This document shows, piece after piece, positions 43,370 through 57,811 of a DNA stretch of 64,000 bases. The stretch is taken from NCBI GenBank assembly GCA_964016885.1, contig OZ024742.1:112964001-113028000 (forward strand). The letters run 5' to 3'. Source of the stretch: Eledone cirrhosa. Lineage: Eukaryota. The notes beneath the pieces were generated by a model. The model saw only the letters and a program-made list of their open reading frames with translations. It was not told the origin of the DNA and did no database searches. Numbering within the stretch: position 1 is the first letter of the stretch; each line of letters opens with the position of its first letter. Made by a program: the position numbers and the translations under genes.

Positions 43370-44039
43370 ATGAGGTGGTTGGTTTAAGTTAACAAACGAT
43401 GCAGCAACACACGAACACACACACACAGTAGCATTCCACCATACGAACATACTACACTGCCAATACAGTGGAACAAGGCAACAACACACGCAGAGACACA
43501 CACACTCAAGCGAGACAACAACACACGCACACACACACACACAGTAACATTCAACAAACAGGCAGAGAATGGACTAACAGCTAGCGCCACCCCACAATTG
43601 AAAGAACTACTTTGGCCGCTGACCTCTGCCTGACCGATCCCATTTCACGCGCACGCGCGCTCTGCTGAATATTCAACACAACGAACAGCGGAGGACACGT
43701 TTCGTACCTTTCCGACAGACAAACTTTCCCCCACACCGGAAAAAAACCCCAGTTGATGGATGTGACTACGAAATACATAGGGACAATTAAATCTCTCCCA
43801 AGGTAACTCTCTCTCGTGCGTGTTCTTATGTTTATTTGTATCCTTTACGCTCTTTACTTCTTTCCTCTACACGTCTTATACACGGCACGCATCTCAACGT
43901 ACACCCACTTACATCTCTCTCTCCACCACCGGATTTTGTTACACGGAGATTTACCCATTTGCATTGTCGTGGCTTCCAAACGACTTAAAGGAATTTACCT
44001 TATTATTCCACAATGCTTCAAGCAAACTTCAATACTCTC

Positions 44040-44083
<44 letters not shown>

Positions 44084-44118
44084 ATAATAGTAATAATAAT
44101 AAAATTGAAGACTATGTG

Positions 44119-44179
<61 letters not shown>

Positions 44180-44820
44180 ATGTGTGTGGATGTGTGTGTG
44201 TGTGTCTGTCTGTATGTGTGTGTAGGCGGAGTCTGTTTGTAGATGATTCTCATATATGTGATAGACATTCTGTGTAGCTGCGACTATGTGCGTGCCTGCC
44301 TGTTTGTGCAAACCTGCAAATAGTTTCCAGCTGGAGTATCTTATTTCTTTTGATAACAACGTTAAGTGTCAAGGAAAACTTTGTTCACTTTAATAACTTC
44401 CCAATTACATTGTATTGTAGAAACAATTATATATCAGTAGATATACGTAAGAATTGTAAGTTTGCACATGTACACTGTCACGACGCCCGCACAGACTTTA
44501 CGTTTATATTCAAACACATCAACAACTCGTGCTTTTCATAGATTTCTAAACTGAGCTATACAATCAGACACATTCTTCCAAAGAATCACACTCATTCACA
44601 AACAGAAATAATTCATTTTATATATGAAGCTATTGAATAATTAGTATAACCATTAAATAGAATCCCGTATGCGTATTTATAAAGTCTCTTACCGTCTGAA
44701 TCGTAAAAAACAAACCTCTATACACATATGCACATGTTTAACCACATAAACGCACACACACGCACACTGACACACACACACACATACACACACACACACA
44801 CACACGCCCCCCCCCCCCCC

Positions 44821-44863
<43 letters not shown>

Positions 44864-44879
44864 CAAATTTATACGGGAA

Positions 44880-45340
44880 CAAAACAGAGAGGCAGACAAA
44901 TAAAGGTTTATTAGGTTCAGGCGTTTGAGAGTGAGGGGTGGGGGCGACGTTTCGGGCATAAGCCCGTCTTCAGGAGTAAATAGGTTAGGAAGAGAGTTCG
45001 GAGGGTGTGTGGAAATTCGTTTGGAAAAAAAGGGGGAAGGAGAACAAATAAAAATAAAAATAAACGTGAAAATAAACATGAGAATAAACAATAAGACGAA
45101 CAAGTGGTGGAAGGGTGTGAGGCGTATAAAGGTTTTGGCGGGTGGAGTTGGGAGAGGGAGGCGGGGAGTCGAAGCGGGGAAGGCTGAAGGTGGTGTTTGT
45201 GTATGTGTGTAGGCGTACGTGAGAGTGTGTGCGTGTGTATCTGAGAGTTTGAGGAAGAACGAGGTTCCATGTCCAGGAAAAGGTGTGTGCGTGGGGTGCG
45301 GTGTAAGTATGTGTGTGCGTTATATATATTTATAAACTCA
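44880..45340 (-). mobile_element. PLE 3' UTR/pLTR remnant with minimal hammerhead
   Basis: C-rich minus-strand tract ending in CTGAAGA-c-GGGC-ttat-GCCC-GAAACGTC. Confidence 0.6.
44946..44975 (-). ncRNA. Minimal hammerhead ribozyme core
   Basis: Minus strand CTGAAGAcGGGCttatGCCCGAAACGTC. Stem I is poorly paired. Confidence 0.7.
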
Positions 45341-45659
45341 TACAAATATACGTATATGTATTACACACATCTCTCTATATATATATATATATATAATATA
45401 TTGAGAAACACACAGATACATGCGGACACACACATATACATGAATATATCCACATTACTCATACTTCTCGCCCCCTTAACCACCTCTTCTACGGCCTCGA
45501 TATAAATACCCCCTCCACCTCCGTGGTATTTTTTCAGGGTTATAAGGAGCTTAGCTCTGTTTCTTGACCGTTGTATCACGTGACTGACTCCCCCTCCGCC
45601 TTTTGGGATTCTATCTCACATCTTATAGACGTGTTCTTGAGGCTAGTAAAATGAGGTAT

Positions 45660-45747
45660 CCTCTTGATAAGTCGGCAGACCTCACAAAGGCTCTATATCT
45701 CTATGATGTATTGTTTTTGATTATACCACGAAACTACGTAGTTGAGG
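45660..45747 (+). ncRNA. Hammerhead-like motif, 59-nt stem II insert, variant core
   Basis: cctc-TTGATAA-GTcGGCA..TACCAC-GAAA-CTACGTAG-TT^gagg. Confidence 0.6.
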
Positions 45748-46253
45748 AATCTAGAAGCAGTTTAGGTATGATAAATCTTATTACTAAGTATATCTAAATG
45801 TTCCTTCTCTCTTCATAATGTACTTTTAGCTCTGATACTGGTTCAGTCTAATCCATTCGTATTGGTTTGTCCCAGTTATTCATAGAGCAACATCGGTTAA
45901 GGTTGGCACCATTAACTCAAGGATGGATGTGGATATATTCATGTATATGTGTGTGTCCGCATGTGTCTGTGTGTTTCTCAATATATTGTTTATAACTCCC
46001 TCTGGTCGAGTAATCTTTGAAGTGTAGTGACTGCTGGAAAGCTGCCATTACTCATACTTCGCGCCCCCTTAACCACCTCTTCTACGGCCTCGATATAAAT
46101 ACCCCCTCCGCCTCCGTGCTATTTTGTTAAGGGTTATAAGAGGTTTAGCTCTGTTTCTTGACCGTTGTATCACGTGACTGACTCCCCCTCCGCCTTTTGG
46201 GATTCTATCTCACATCTTATAGACGTGTTCTTGAGGCTAGTAAACTGAGGTAT

Positions 46254-46341
46254 CGTCTTGATAAGTCGGCAGACCTCACTAAGGCTCTATATCTCTATGA
46301 TGTATTGTTTTTGATTATGCCACGAAACTACGTAGTCGAGG
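46254..46341 (+). ncRNA. Hammerhead-like motif, second copy with GUC site
   Basis: cgtc-TTGATAA-GTcGGCA..TGCCAC-GAAA-CTACGTAG-TC^gagg. Confidence 0.62.
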
Positions 46342-46423
46342 AATCTAGAAGCAGTTTAGGTATGATACATCTTATTACTAATTATATCTAAATGTTTCTT
46401 GTCTCTTCATAATATATATATAG

Positions 46424-46502
<79 letters not shown>

Positions 46503-47348
46503 TAGCATCATTTATAGACACACTCACATAAATACATGCACATGGCTAAGGTGAAATTCTATTTACATCTTTTTATTGACAATATATTTCCAAAACCTAC
46601 CACGTGGGGAGGAGGACGATCAATGGAGCTATGAGTGTGTTTGGAAGTTGAGTGGTAAGTACGATGATAAATCTTGTCAGTCACATTTCTTTCGTAACTA
46701 AATCTGTAATCTATATTTTAACTTGCAGTGACCAGTTTTCAATTAAGTCCAGTTATAGATTATTTACATAAGAAAATAGCTTCCAAAATCTAGTCTGGGA
46801 AAACGTGAACAGAATAAAAACTCATCAAGGAATGACATAAATCTCTTGGGAAGACGCTAAACGTTTATTCTATTATACTAGTTGGATAGTAATTTCATAA
46901 AGTAAAAACATATATATACGAAGAAATTACTTAAGTTATGCCACCTGTGTATTTAGTATTTTATAATAAATTCCGAGTTACGAACAAATACAGACACTAA
47001 TACAGGAAAATTTAGACTGAAAGACCAAAAAAATAAAACGATATACAAATATAGACACATATATTATGTACATACACGACCGCGGACGTGGCAGAAACAA
47101 TAACTATTGTCATAAAGATACATACATCCATACTTTAGTGTGCACACCTATATGTAATTATCATAAACATAACCTAGGGCGTTCTTTGCCTCACAAGAAT
47201 TGGTGAAACATAAAGTGTTATCCTCCAGTCTATCATTTACAAACAATGGCATTCGCAAAATTACATATACCACTTCAACATATGCAATGCATTATATTGA
47301 AATGATACATATTTAAATACACAAACATGCAAGGAGACACACACTTTT

Positions 47349-47432
47349 GTATATGTACACATATATCAATATATATATATTATACATACATATACATACA
47401 TCCTTGCACACATGCGCGCACGCCCCTCCACA

Positions 47433-47478
<46 letters not shown>

Positions 47479-47786
47479 ATTCCAAATAATCGGTGTAGGT
47501 TGTTCCAAGCATTCGACCGCAACTTGTGTGCGGATGTGAGATATTAATGCATGTAGAAACACCTATGCATTTAAATATACTGAAAAAAAAATCACTTCTA
47601 TTTTTATGTACACAAGGCACGTAAAATCTGCTTAAGGCACGCACACGCACTAATACACGCATTCACGCAAATCGCGGACGATGATACTTACACAAAAACA
47701 CACCGACATACCAGCTCACACACACACACGCACACACACACACGCATACAGATACACACATACACATACAAACACACACACACACC

Positions 47787-47826
<40 letters not shown>

Positions 47827-47903
47827 TGGAGGGGGGTACGCGCGTGTGTACATGGATGTATGTATATGTATGTATAATATATATATATTTATATATGTGT
47901 ACA

Positions 47904-47905
<2 letters not shown>
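47349..47905. repeat. Inverted pair of low-complexity segments of about 85 bp
   Basis: 47349-47435 (..catccttgcacacatgcgcgcacgcccctccac) is the approximate reverse complement of 47821-47905. Confidence 0.65.
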
Positions 47906-47947
<42 letters not shown>

Positions 47948-48788
47948 TGCATATATATTTATTCCTTTATATCTCTACTCTTATATACACGCACAAAGAC
48001 AACTATAGAACTTTTATAGCCACCGAATATAATAACAACAATTTCCCTGGAGAACATTATGATGGGACACAAATATCAATGATTTTCATTCTTTAAAAAT
48101 GTAAAAATAAAACCTAACAGCTTCCCTGGTACTTAAAAAAATAAAGGTGAGATATAAACAGCAACATCGACAATAGTAACATTTGGCAAACAATAACATA
48201 ATCAACATACCCACACACACCAACAATAACGAGCAACGAGTGACTACAACAACACAAATTACGCCATGTTTGTTTGTCATTTCTCATAGGGAAAAATAAC
48301 AGCGAAAATCCGAAAAAGAGTGTGAAACATCAAACTCCGAAAAATGTTAACTCTCTTCACTATGTTATATTAACATAACATGAACACCCCTGTTAGATTT
48401 TAACATGTAAGAGGTGCTGAATAAAGAAATATAATAAACAAACAAATCAACAACTTATGATAATGAAATAAGTATAAAATAAAAGAACAAAAATATTTAT
48501 CATGCTTTGTTCGTTGCCATGACAATATGTTGCAGAATGTTAGAAGTGTTATATGTTATAAAGCTTATCAGTAGAATTATAAACGTAAATAATCAGGCTG
48601 GAGGGAGAGAGAATACTAATAAAAAAGAGTCAGAGAAAATCTTTGATCCGGCGTGTTTGTTATTAACAGTAACAATGTTAAAGCATTTCTTTCATTAATA
48701 TTCACTCTAATGGATGGATATATCTAACTGTGGCGCTATGTTGGATCAATGAACAGTGGAAGGTATATATATATCTACACACACACCA

Positions 48789-48890
<102 letters not shown>

Positions 48891-48929
48891 ACATATATAT
48901 ACATATATACATATATGTGTGTGGATATA

Positions 48930-48969
<40 letters not shown>

Positions 48970-49242
48970 CACACATATATATGTATATATATATATATAT
49001 ATATATGCGTCATGGGCATTCCGCTAAGTGCTTCAGTCATATTTCAAAGGATATGTGTCCAATGTTTACTGCAGTAAACACATACACATGCCCCAGTTAG
49101 ACACATACACATATTAATTCGTACTTATTTTCACATACACGTACTCACTTAGATTCCCATGCATACACAAACGTACAGTTTATGTATGGGCGTGCCTCTG
49201 ATTTTGTGCATATGTTTGATGGTGTTCAACGTGTATACATGC

Positions 49243-49292
<50 letters not shown>

Positions 49293-49305
49293 CTATATGT
49301 ACATA

Positions 49306-49346
<41 letters not shown>

Positions 49347-49399
49347 ATATATATATATACATATATATATCTACACACACATATATATATATATACACA

Positions 49400-49449
49400 C
49401 CGCTGGAGAGAACACGTCCATGGATACCGGGAGTGTTACCCACCTTAGA

Positions 49450-49450
<1 letters not shown>
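49400..49450 (+). mobile_element. 50-bp 3' terminus of the RTE-X-like family, inside (TA)n
   Basis: ccgctggagagaacacgtccatggataccggga..ccttaga matches 25567-25616. Confidence 0.75.
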
Positions 49451-49538
<88 letters not shown>

Positions 49539-49570
49539 TATAAATACTTACAAATATATATATACACATA

Positions 49571-49636
<66 letters not shown>

Positions 49637-49829
49637 CGTATATTTCTGTGTGTATGTGTGTGTGTGTGTACGTGTGACTGTGTATGTATGTGTTCGTGTG
49701 CCGGTCTGCATGTTTGTTCCTGCATATGTGGCTGAGTGGTCCTTTGTTTAAACATACATACCGAAACACCCACAAAATACATCAGGCTCTCTCTATATAA
49801 ATATAGATAGATACACACACACACATGCA

Positions 49830-49864
<35 letters not shown>

Positions 49865-50785
49865 GTGTGCATGTGTATGTATGTGCATGTGCGTGTATGA
49901 GTGAGTTTGTGTGTGTGTGTGTAAGGATGTATGTGTGAGTAGCGAGAGGGGCTAATGTGATGAAGCAAATCTTAGAGAGGTTTGTGTGGAAATAACGCAT
50001 GTATATAATTATGTTATAAAACAAAGTCCAAAACCTTTCAATTTCTGTGGATATATACATATTTACTGCAGTACACCAGATAAATATTCTGACACATTAT
50101 GCCCTTTATGCTATTCTTCATAAAATCCCCATTAATAGTCATATCCTAGAAATTTATTGTTCTGCACTACAGTAGATGACCCAATTATATGACAAAGATT
50201 CCACATCTCTTTGTTTATCTTTAATAACTCAGAGATACAAAATATCCAGAAATGACTGTTTTATATAACATTGATTTATATCTACATAACTGATACGTAA
50301 AATATTTGTGTTTTGATAATTTCTTTTTATTCTATTCTTTTCTTATAAATGTAGGTGAACATTTGAATGTATTGACACCTCCATCTCATTGTCAGGGTTT
50401 GTCATCGACGGGAATGAATAAAACAAGTTTTTAAATATACCTTGTTGGATTGTAGAACTTAATAAATGTAATAGTGAAAAGATTTGGAAGATGTAAGTTT
50501 GAAAGTCATGCTGTAACTAGAAAACCTATGAACACTAGTCAAAACCAACCATTAACCTATATCTTCTCACTAAAATGTAGTTCTCAAAAATTAATTATTA
50601 AATAATACATACAGACACACAGATGGAAACAAAAATACGCGCCTACACACATTCACCCGCGCCTACACACAAACAACCGCTCACACATACTGATACACGC
50701 ACATACCCATCCACGTGCGCGCGCACACTAACTTATACAAAAACAAATAATATATATGTATACACACACACACTCCCCCCATATG

Positions 50786-50853
<68 letters not shown>

Positions 50854-51061
50854 GTTATGCAAGAAATACTTAGGATTATCCTGAATGCAGTAATGGTTAA
50901 TTACTACACTAGATAGAGTTGACGTACGGGCAGGGGTTACTCAACGAGTTATGGAAGAATAGTGGAAGAAACTCAGTTTCTGATCCTTCTGTATTCCGGA
51001 GTGTAGACAAAGAATGAATAATAACAGGTAGACATCATACAAAAAGGTAATTTATTCCGAG

Positions 51062-51173
51062 TGCTTACAAATGTTTCAACAGTGGTTATGTAGCCTACTC
51101 ATGCTATGTGCAAATTGGTAATTATTTGCAGAAACTCTATTTCAAATGCTGCTTCTACCGTTTCCTCAGAGCA
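51062..51173 (-). ncRNA. Hammerhead ribozyme with 85-nt stem II insert
   Basis: Minus strand tgct-CTGAGGA-AACGGT..tgcaaat/atttgca..ACTGTT-GAAA-CATTTG-TA^agca. Confidence 0.78.
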
Positions 51174-52666
51174 GAATGGTTTAACTGTAAAATGTAAATA
51201 CTCTTGTATTTCTTAAAGGAAGTTATTTGGGAAGATGGAGTAGAAAAGGAAGAGGGACAGAAGGGGAGAGGGACAGAAAGAGATGTAGGGGTTGGAGAAA
51301 TGGGAGAGAGTGGTTTGAAGAATACAAATATCTTAATCAAAATGTAGGGGTTTTATAATATTGCTTACTCTGAAAATGACAACCCTAAGCGGTGTTAAGT
51401 GTGGAATTATTTATTGCCACAGACAGCAGGTTCATAGATGTGGAGAGGGAGGGGGTAGAGCGAGGGCGATATATATATATATAGGAAGGGAGAGAGAGGA
51501 AGAAAGAGAGATAGAGAGGGGACAGATGAAAGCTACGAGATGGAGTCCATAGTTGTAGTCTGCAAATCGCACTTAAGTATCCATTTATAATTATATTGAG
51601 AGAAAATAGTTACCGAGAAAGTGATGTTATAGTCTCGGGTTCGAATGTTAAGTTATTTTATAGGGAGAGAATTTAGCCTTCAGTTTTGGTTGCAGTATAA
51701 TGATCGTTCGATTCTGTCATTTAGTAATTTATTTTTGGATTTTAAGATATAAAAGAGTTCAAGGTTGCATAATCTGCAGTACTTCAATTCAATCCGTTAT
51801 GTACTAGCGCTGGAAAGTTTATCCCATTTCAAGGTGAACTGCCGGTGCATTCTCGGAGTTGCCAGGTCTTATTGGCGAGCGTAGTCACAATACGGTGATT
51901 AGGATGTTTAATCGAGAATCGATGACGATACCAGCGAGATTTAAATGAGGTAGTGGTAGACTCGATGTAATACCATTTCTGGTCGTTGGATTCGACAGTG
52001 CATTGATAAACAATGTTGGACTCTAAGCATGTATTCTTCAATGGGAATCTTTCGGGTAGGTGACAGTTGCAGTTGTTGTTGTGTGTAACAGGTATACCAT
52101 GGATAGGTTGGGATAACAGTTCAGGTGGGTTGTGTAGCACCTGTCTCCCATTTGGTGGTTGGGAGGCCGATATTACGTTATGCTCATCTGTTACTAAAAT
52201 ATTTTGTTTTGTAGTGTTGTTTAATTGCTTTAAGTTAAGTTTTCTTATGTATGCTTCAAGGTTTGGTACAGTGCAGTATGATAGCTTATTAGTTAGAGTT
52301 TAGAATCTTACTATATAACTGGATACTTAAGTGCGATTTGTTGACTACAACTATGGACTCCATGTACCCCCCCCCCCATCTCGTAGCTTTCGTCTATCCC
52401 CTCTCTATCACTCTTTCTTCCTCTCTCTCCCTTCCTATATCTCTCTCTCTGGCCGTCGGTATACCTCCCTCCCTCTCCACATCTATGAACCTGCTATCTG
52501 TGGCAATAAATAATTCCAACCTTAACTAATTTAACACACCGCCTAAAGTTGTCAGTTTGAGAGTAAGCAGTATAATATACCCCTATCACAACATTTTGAT
52601 TAAGATAACTGTATTCTTCAAACCACTCTCTCCCATTTCTCCAACCCCTACATCTCTATCTCTCTC

Positions 52667-52740
<74 letters not shown>

Positions 52741-52842
52741 TCTCCCTCTCCCAATCTTTCTCTCTTCATTTTCTACTCTATCTTCCCCAATAACTTCATT
52801 TAAGAAATACAAGGGTATTTAGATTTTACATTTTAACGATTC

Positions 52843-52930
52843 TGCTCTGAGGAAACTGTATAAGCAGCATTTGAAAATTGAGTTTCTGGAAATAATTACC
52901 AACTTGACTAGGCTGTATAACCACTGTTGA

Positions 52931-52938
<8 letters not shown>
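52843..52938 (+). ncRNA. Inverted copy of that hammerhead, ending at stem III in (TA)n
   Basis: tgct-CTGAGGA-AACTGT..ACTGTT-GAAA-CATATA then (TA)n. The 3' stem I strand is absent. Confidence 0.7.
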
Positions 52939-52985
<47 letters not shown>

Positions 52986-53499
52986 CGGTAATTCTACGTT
53001 ACAGTCTTTTACATTTACCAGTAGCTTCCCGTTACAGGTTTTTGTAAGTTTAATTGTGTTAAAATTTTTAGATATTTTCCAGAACGTATCGACTAAAATC
53101 TACCAAACATCTTCATGTCAAAAATACAAAATGACTCCTCGTAGCGAAATATTTTACACTCATCCTCTCCTTGTGTATAATACGGACATTATCAAACATA
53201 ACCTTCAAGTTCCATAACAAGCTACAGTTATTATCTTCCATAAGAATGGGTATTTTACTGAAGCGCTTTTTTTAAATGTAATGACAAAATGCAAAACGCC
53301 AAGCACATTGCTAATTCCTTCATGGATATTTATTTATACACAATCCCACACGCATAGCGACATATATGTATATATAATGACTGTGCAATCATGATATCCA
53401 TGTCGCATTGATCATAAATCCCCCTGTCGTATGTCATAATTTCAATATAAATCAATTTCTTATTATTCTTTGATTCTTTTAATGTTTCTGTAGTTTCGA

Positions 53500-54900
53500 A
53501 TTGTCAAATACATGGCCAGTTCTTCAACAGCTTTTCATCTTCAAATTATTTTGCAGGTGATCCTCGGTCAGTCACTTCATGCAGCATAGGAAACGACTGC
53601 TGTATCCCAAATGAAGAGTTAACGTCCAAGGAACGTCATGATTATGATTCCATCTGACATTTTGTAGTGACCTAAGAGTTATTTAACACGTTCCCTACTT
53701 CTGTCATATATTAGTAACTGACTATCGTGACTTGCCGCAGTACACATTTCAGACACCCGGAGCCTCTGATCTTCCAATTCTTGTGGAAGAAATAGTTTAC
53801 CCTGATCAAGCGGTCCCTCTTCTGCCAGCATCATTTGCATGGATGGTTCAGCATTATGTTGCTGAATATGCACAAACGTATTACTGAACGGTAAATGGGT
53901 GTGGTCACCTTGTCTCAGCCACGTCTTTCCACATTTCATCTCATTGAATGAAATTCAATCATAGTTCAACCGAAGACTAGATAACGCGCCTGGCATATGG
54001 TATGTTGTCAGGTAACATGACACTCTACCATTCGACCAATAGGTTCAGTAGAATTCCACGTTAGCAATCCATGGCAAATGTGACGAAGTTCTCGGTCAAA
54101 ATCTAGGGGTCGCTGAGAATAAACTAATCAGCCTGTTTTAGAGAAGTTTCTGTCAAAGGTTTACGGTCAATTGCTCGGAATACCTGGCCAAGCAGTCCCA
54201 CTGCTAGGTACATTGACAATTTTGAAGGCCCGACAGTGCTGTCGGATGGAACTATCCGAGTTGTACTCCGAGGGATGAAACTAATTTGCATGCAATGATC
54301 CAGTGTCCAAGATATGGTGACTTATGGTTTGGTGTCAATCAGCTAGCGCACATTGTAAGATCAATTTAGCTATCGGCCGATGCCATCTTGAAGATTGCTA
54401 CATCGCCTTTATATGAATGGGAAGGGAGGGAAGTTGTTCCTCTGGTTGCTTTAGTTTTTCCTCTGGTTGCTTTAGCGAAAAAAGATGTTTTGTAGAGGCG
54501 CGTTAAATAACTACAGATAAAAAAATTCCTCTTGGGCCAAGCCCACATTAACATTTGGATAAAGAAGCCGAGGCGGGAGAAGAATGTGCTTCGAGACCCT
54601 TCTCCCCCAGTACATTTATTGAAAGGTGGACAAACGTGGCATGGATGGCCATTGTGAATTAACCTAACCTGAGAATACATCAGAATGCTCGATTGTTCAG
54701 AGAGGGCTCACCTTCTTATGGTGCACTTGATGATTAAGGTGGTTTTGGATCTGTGTGGTTTGCTACCTACCTCTGGGTAATGCTCCTCTATGCTGAGGGA
54801 ATTATGTTGTTTTAATTTATTTTAATTTTATGTTTTCTTTGTTTACGGAACTAATTATATTTACGCCCCACTCTCCTTGTCGATATGTAGAATCACTTCA
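53500..54900 (+). mobile_element. Decayed L1/Tx1-clade LINE ORF2 3' part
   Basis: LIFQFLWKK..LIKRSLFCQH..GW, zf-RVT-like YPSCTPRDETNLHAMIQCPRYGDLW, LVALAK. Confidence 0.7.
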
Positions 54901-55283
54901 TTTTCGGCCCTAGTGTTGTTATTTTTACTAATATTGTCTTTGTTTGTTTTGTTGTTTTGTTGTTATCGGTGTCTTGCATACTTCGCTAATTATTTATACA
55001 TTCTTCAAGACAGATTTGATTTCTATCAAACTACATTACTACATTGTATTCGACTACCATTTCATTCTCTTAATTTAATCTTCGTTTTGATTTTTACATA
55101 TAATACTCATTTGAATCTGATAGTAAGTGAAGTAGATTGATACGTAAATAGAGTTCGAGGGATATATTGATACACACACAAACACACACACACACACACA
55201 TATGCATATATACACACACACGGACACACATACACACATACATACACACACACACATACACACACACACACGCATACATACAC

Positions 55284-55381
<98 letters not shown>

Positions 55382-55789
55382 AGAGATTGAAAGAGGAAAA
55401 TAGAATAAGATAAAGAACAAATACAGATAGAGAGAGCTATAAAAGTGAAGCAGAGAGAGATGATAATGATTCTTTTCAAGTACCATTGTCCTACTTCTTC
55501 GAATAAAATGATTTCTCTTGATGATTCCGATGTTTGAATTAATACAGCTTTATGAACAATACTTGTATGTCCTTTTGTTCAATTTTAGTATATTCAATTT
55601 GATATTTTCTTATTATTATTGTGCATGTTATTATCATTATTGTGTAATGCTATTAGTATAGTTGTGGTCTTGGTTATACTCCTAAGAAATCATTATCATT
55701 ATTATTATTGATATTATTATTATTATATATTTGATGTTATCGATTAGTAATTTATATTTCTAATATCGCCAACGATACCAGCAACATTG

Positions 55790-56190
55790 TCTTCCAATTA
55801 TCATTATCATCATATTCATTATCATCTTCACATCACCTTCTTTAACCTCATCATTATCACCAGTAGCAGCATTTTTATCATCATAATCTTCACCAGTGAG
55901 AGCATTGTTATATTCATCATCATAATCATTATCATCCGTCAGGGCACTATCATCATCTTCATTATCGTCATCATCATCATCATCAGCAGTATTATTTTAT
56001 CCATAATCATAATCATCATCATCATCAACATCAGCATTATCATTATTTACATCATCATCCCCATTACTTTAAATATCATGGCACTGATGATTACTACCAC
56101 CAACATGATCACAATGATGATGGTCTTCAGCATAATCATCTTGGCTATCATCATCTCCACGTCTCGAATATTGAGAGCTGATATTATTAT
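55790..56190. repeat. Degenerate (ATC)n repeat
   Basis: Direct reading. Source of the poly-Ile ORF 55787-56338. Confidence 0.9.
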
Positions 56191-57345
56191 CATCTGGGAT
56201 AATTGTTGGCCTTGTGCCAAAAGTAGAAACAATTATTTCATCGCTAGCTATTTTTCAACGGTTTATTTGTTTTATTTTCTTACATATTCATCTCGGTTAT
56301 GTTGTAGTGGTATTTCATTTTATTCTCATTCACGTTAGACATATTACTTTTAACATTTTCCTATTTATAATTTCGTTGAATTTGTTTTTATTCTTTTGTT
56401 GATGTTATTTTTGCTTTCATTTGTATCATTTTACTTTTTAAATGTTAACTTCAAACGAGCAATGTTTTATACTTTCTTTCTGTTACATAACTTTTTTCAT
56501 TAAATCTCTTCATTCTACTACTTTTCCACTACACCAACACTCCACTATAAATTTGACTGTCTTCGTTTTTAGCTTCATTTTCATAAAATTTATTCCTCGC
56601 TATTTCAGTCCCGTCGTCTTCATTTTCATTCTCTTTAGCATGATGTTTTCTTTTCTCCGCCTCATTTATTTTATTCTTCTTCCTCTTCTTATTTATATGC
56701 AACCCGCCCACTTTCATTTAACTGTTTATTACTTATGTACCTCTTTCTCCCTCTTGTTTTCCTCAATATTATCATCAACGTATATTTTTCAGCATTTTAT
56801 TCGTCTCATCCATTTAATTTCCTTGTTTTCATTTCTTATTTTAATTTGTTCGTCTTTTTATTCTTCTACTTCTTTCACTTCAACCATCTTCTGTTTCTGC
56901 GCCGATTCATATCAGTCATGTTATGTTAAATAGAATTTTTTGATTTCATGTAATTGACTAGTTAAACATGAGAGATTTACAGTGTTTCTGTTTCTGTTGA
57001 TTTATTGAACTTATTTCTTATTTACCTACTATTGTTAGTATATTTTGCATTATTATTTAAATTTCTTTTAATTCTCACGAGCTGGTCGATAGTTTTCCTA
57101 ATATTTCATAGAATTTTCATATATTTTTGTTTTCATGTTAACCCCCGTACACATACATACAAACCACACACGTATCTTTGTAACTAATTTTATCCACGTT
57201 AATCTCATAAATAGATAATTGTCATTTTGTTATCTTGAAGTTTAGAGAATATCTTTAATAAGAATATGTCTGTTATATTTAAAGATAGAAAATAAAACAA
57301 ATACTAAACCAAACCAAAAATGTTGATGATAACTAAATGCGTGTT

Positions 57346-57399
<54 letters not shown>

Positions 57400-57433
57400 C
57401 ATATATATATATAAACTTATATATATATATCTA

Positions 57434-57511
<78 letters not shown>

Positions 57512-57811
57512 CGTGTATATATATATATATTTATATATATGTAATCTGAGTTTCTCGAATATTAATAATAACATTCGATTCGTTTGTAATTATGCAAAGA
57601 AGCCTCAATTGTATAGCCATGTCAGGAGAATGAACACTTCATTCTTGTTCTTGTGTTGGCACGTTCTACTTGGGGAGGGTCTTATTGTTGTAATAATATT
57701 GCCAGAAATAATAACAGAACACACTCACTGATTGGTTAGTTTTTGCTTCTGTATCTTTTATATATCCACAGTTAATTAATTTGGTCCTCAATGTGTATAT
57801 ATATATATATA

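Larger units (their letters stand above)
45393..46412 (+). mobile_element. ORF-less tandem pLTR (retrozyme-like), 594-bp period, with inverted 5' segment
   Basis: A 45453-45819 matches A' 46046-46412. B 45393-45453 is inverted at 45928-45990. Confidence 0.88.
50852..52938 (-). mobile_element. Truncated Hydra-like PLE: inverted 5' pLTR, GIY-YIG fragment, 3' pLTR
   Basis: Minus ORF remnant KLSYCTVPNL..CNCHLPERFPLKNTCLESNIVYQCTV..YYIESTTTSFKSRWYRH. 51070-51585 is inverted at 52318-52935. Confidence 0.9.

Noticed and set aside
55787-56933. Hydrophobic ORFs resembling membrane proteins
   Set aside because: Derived from (ATC)n and T-rich low-complexity sequence.
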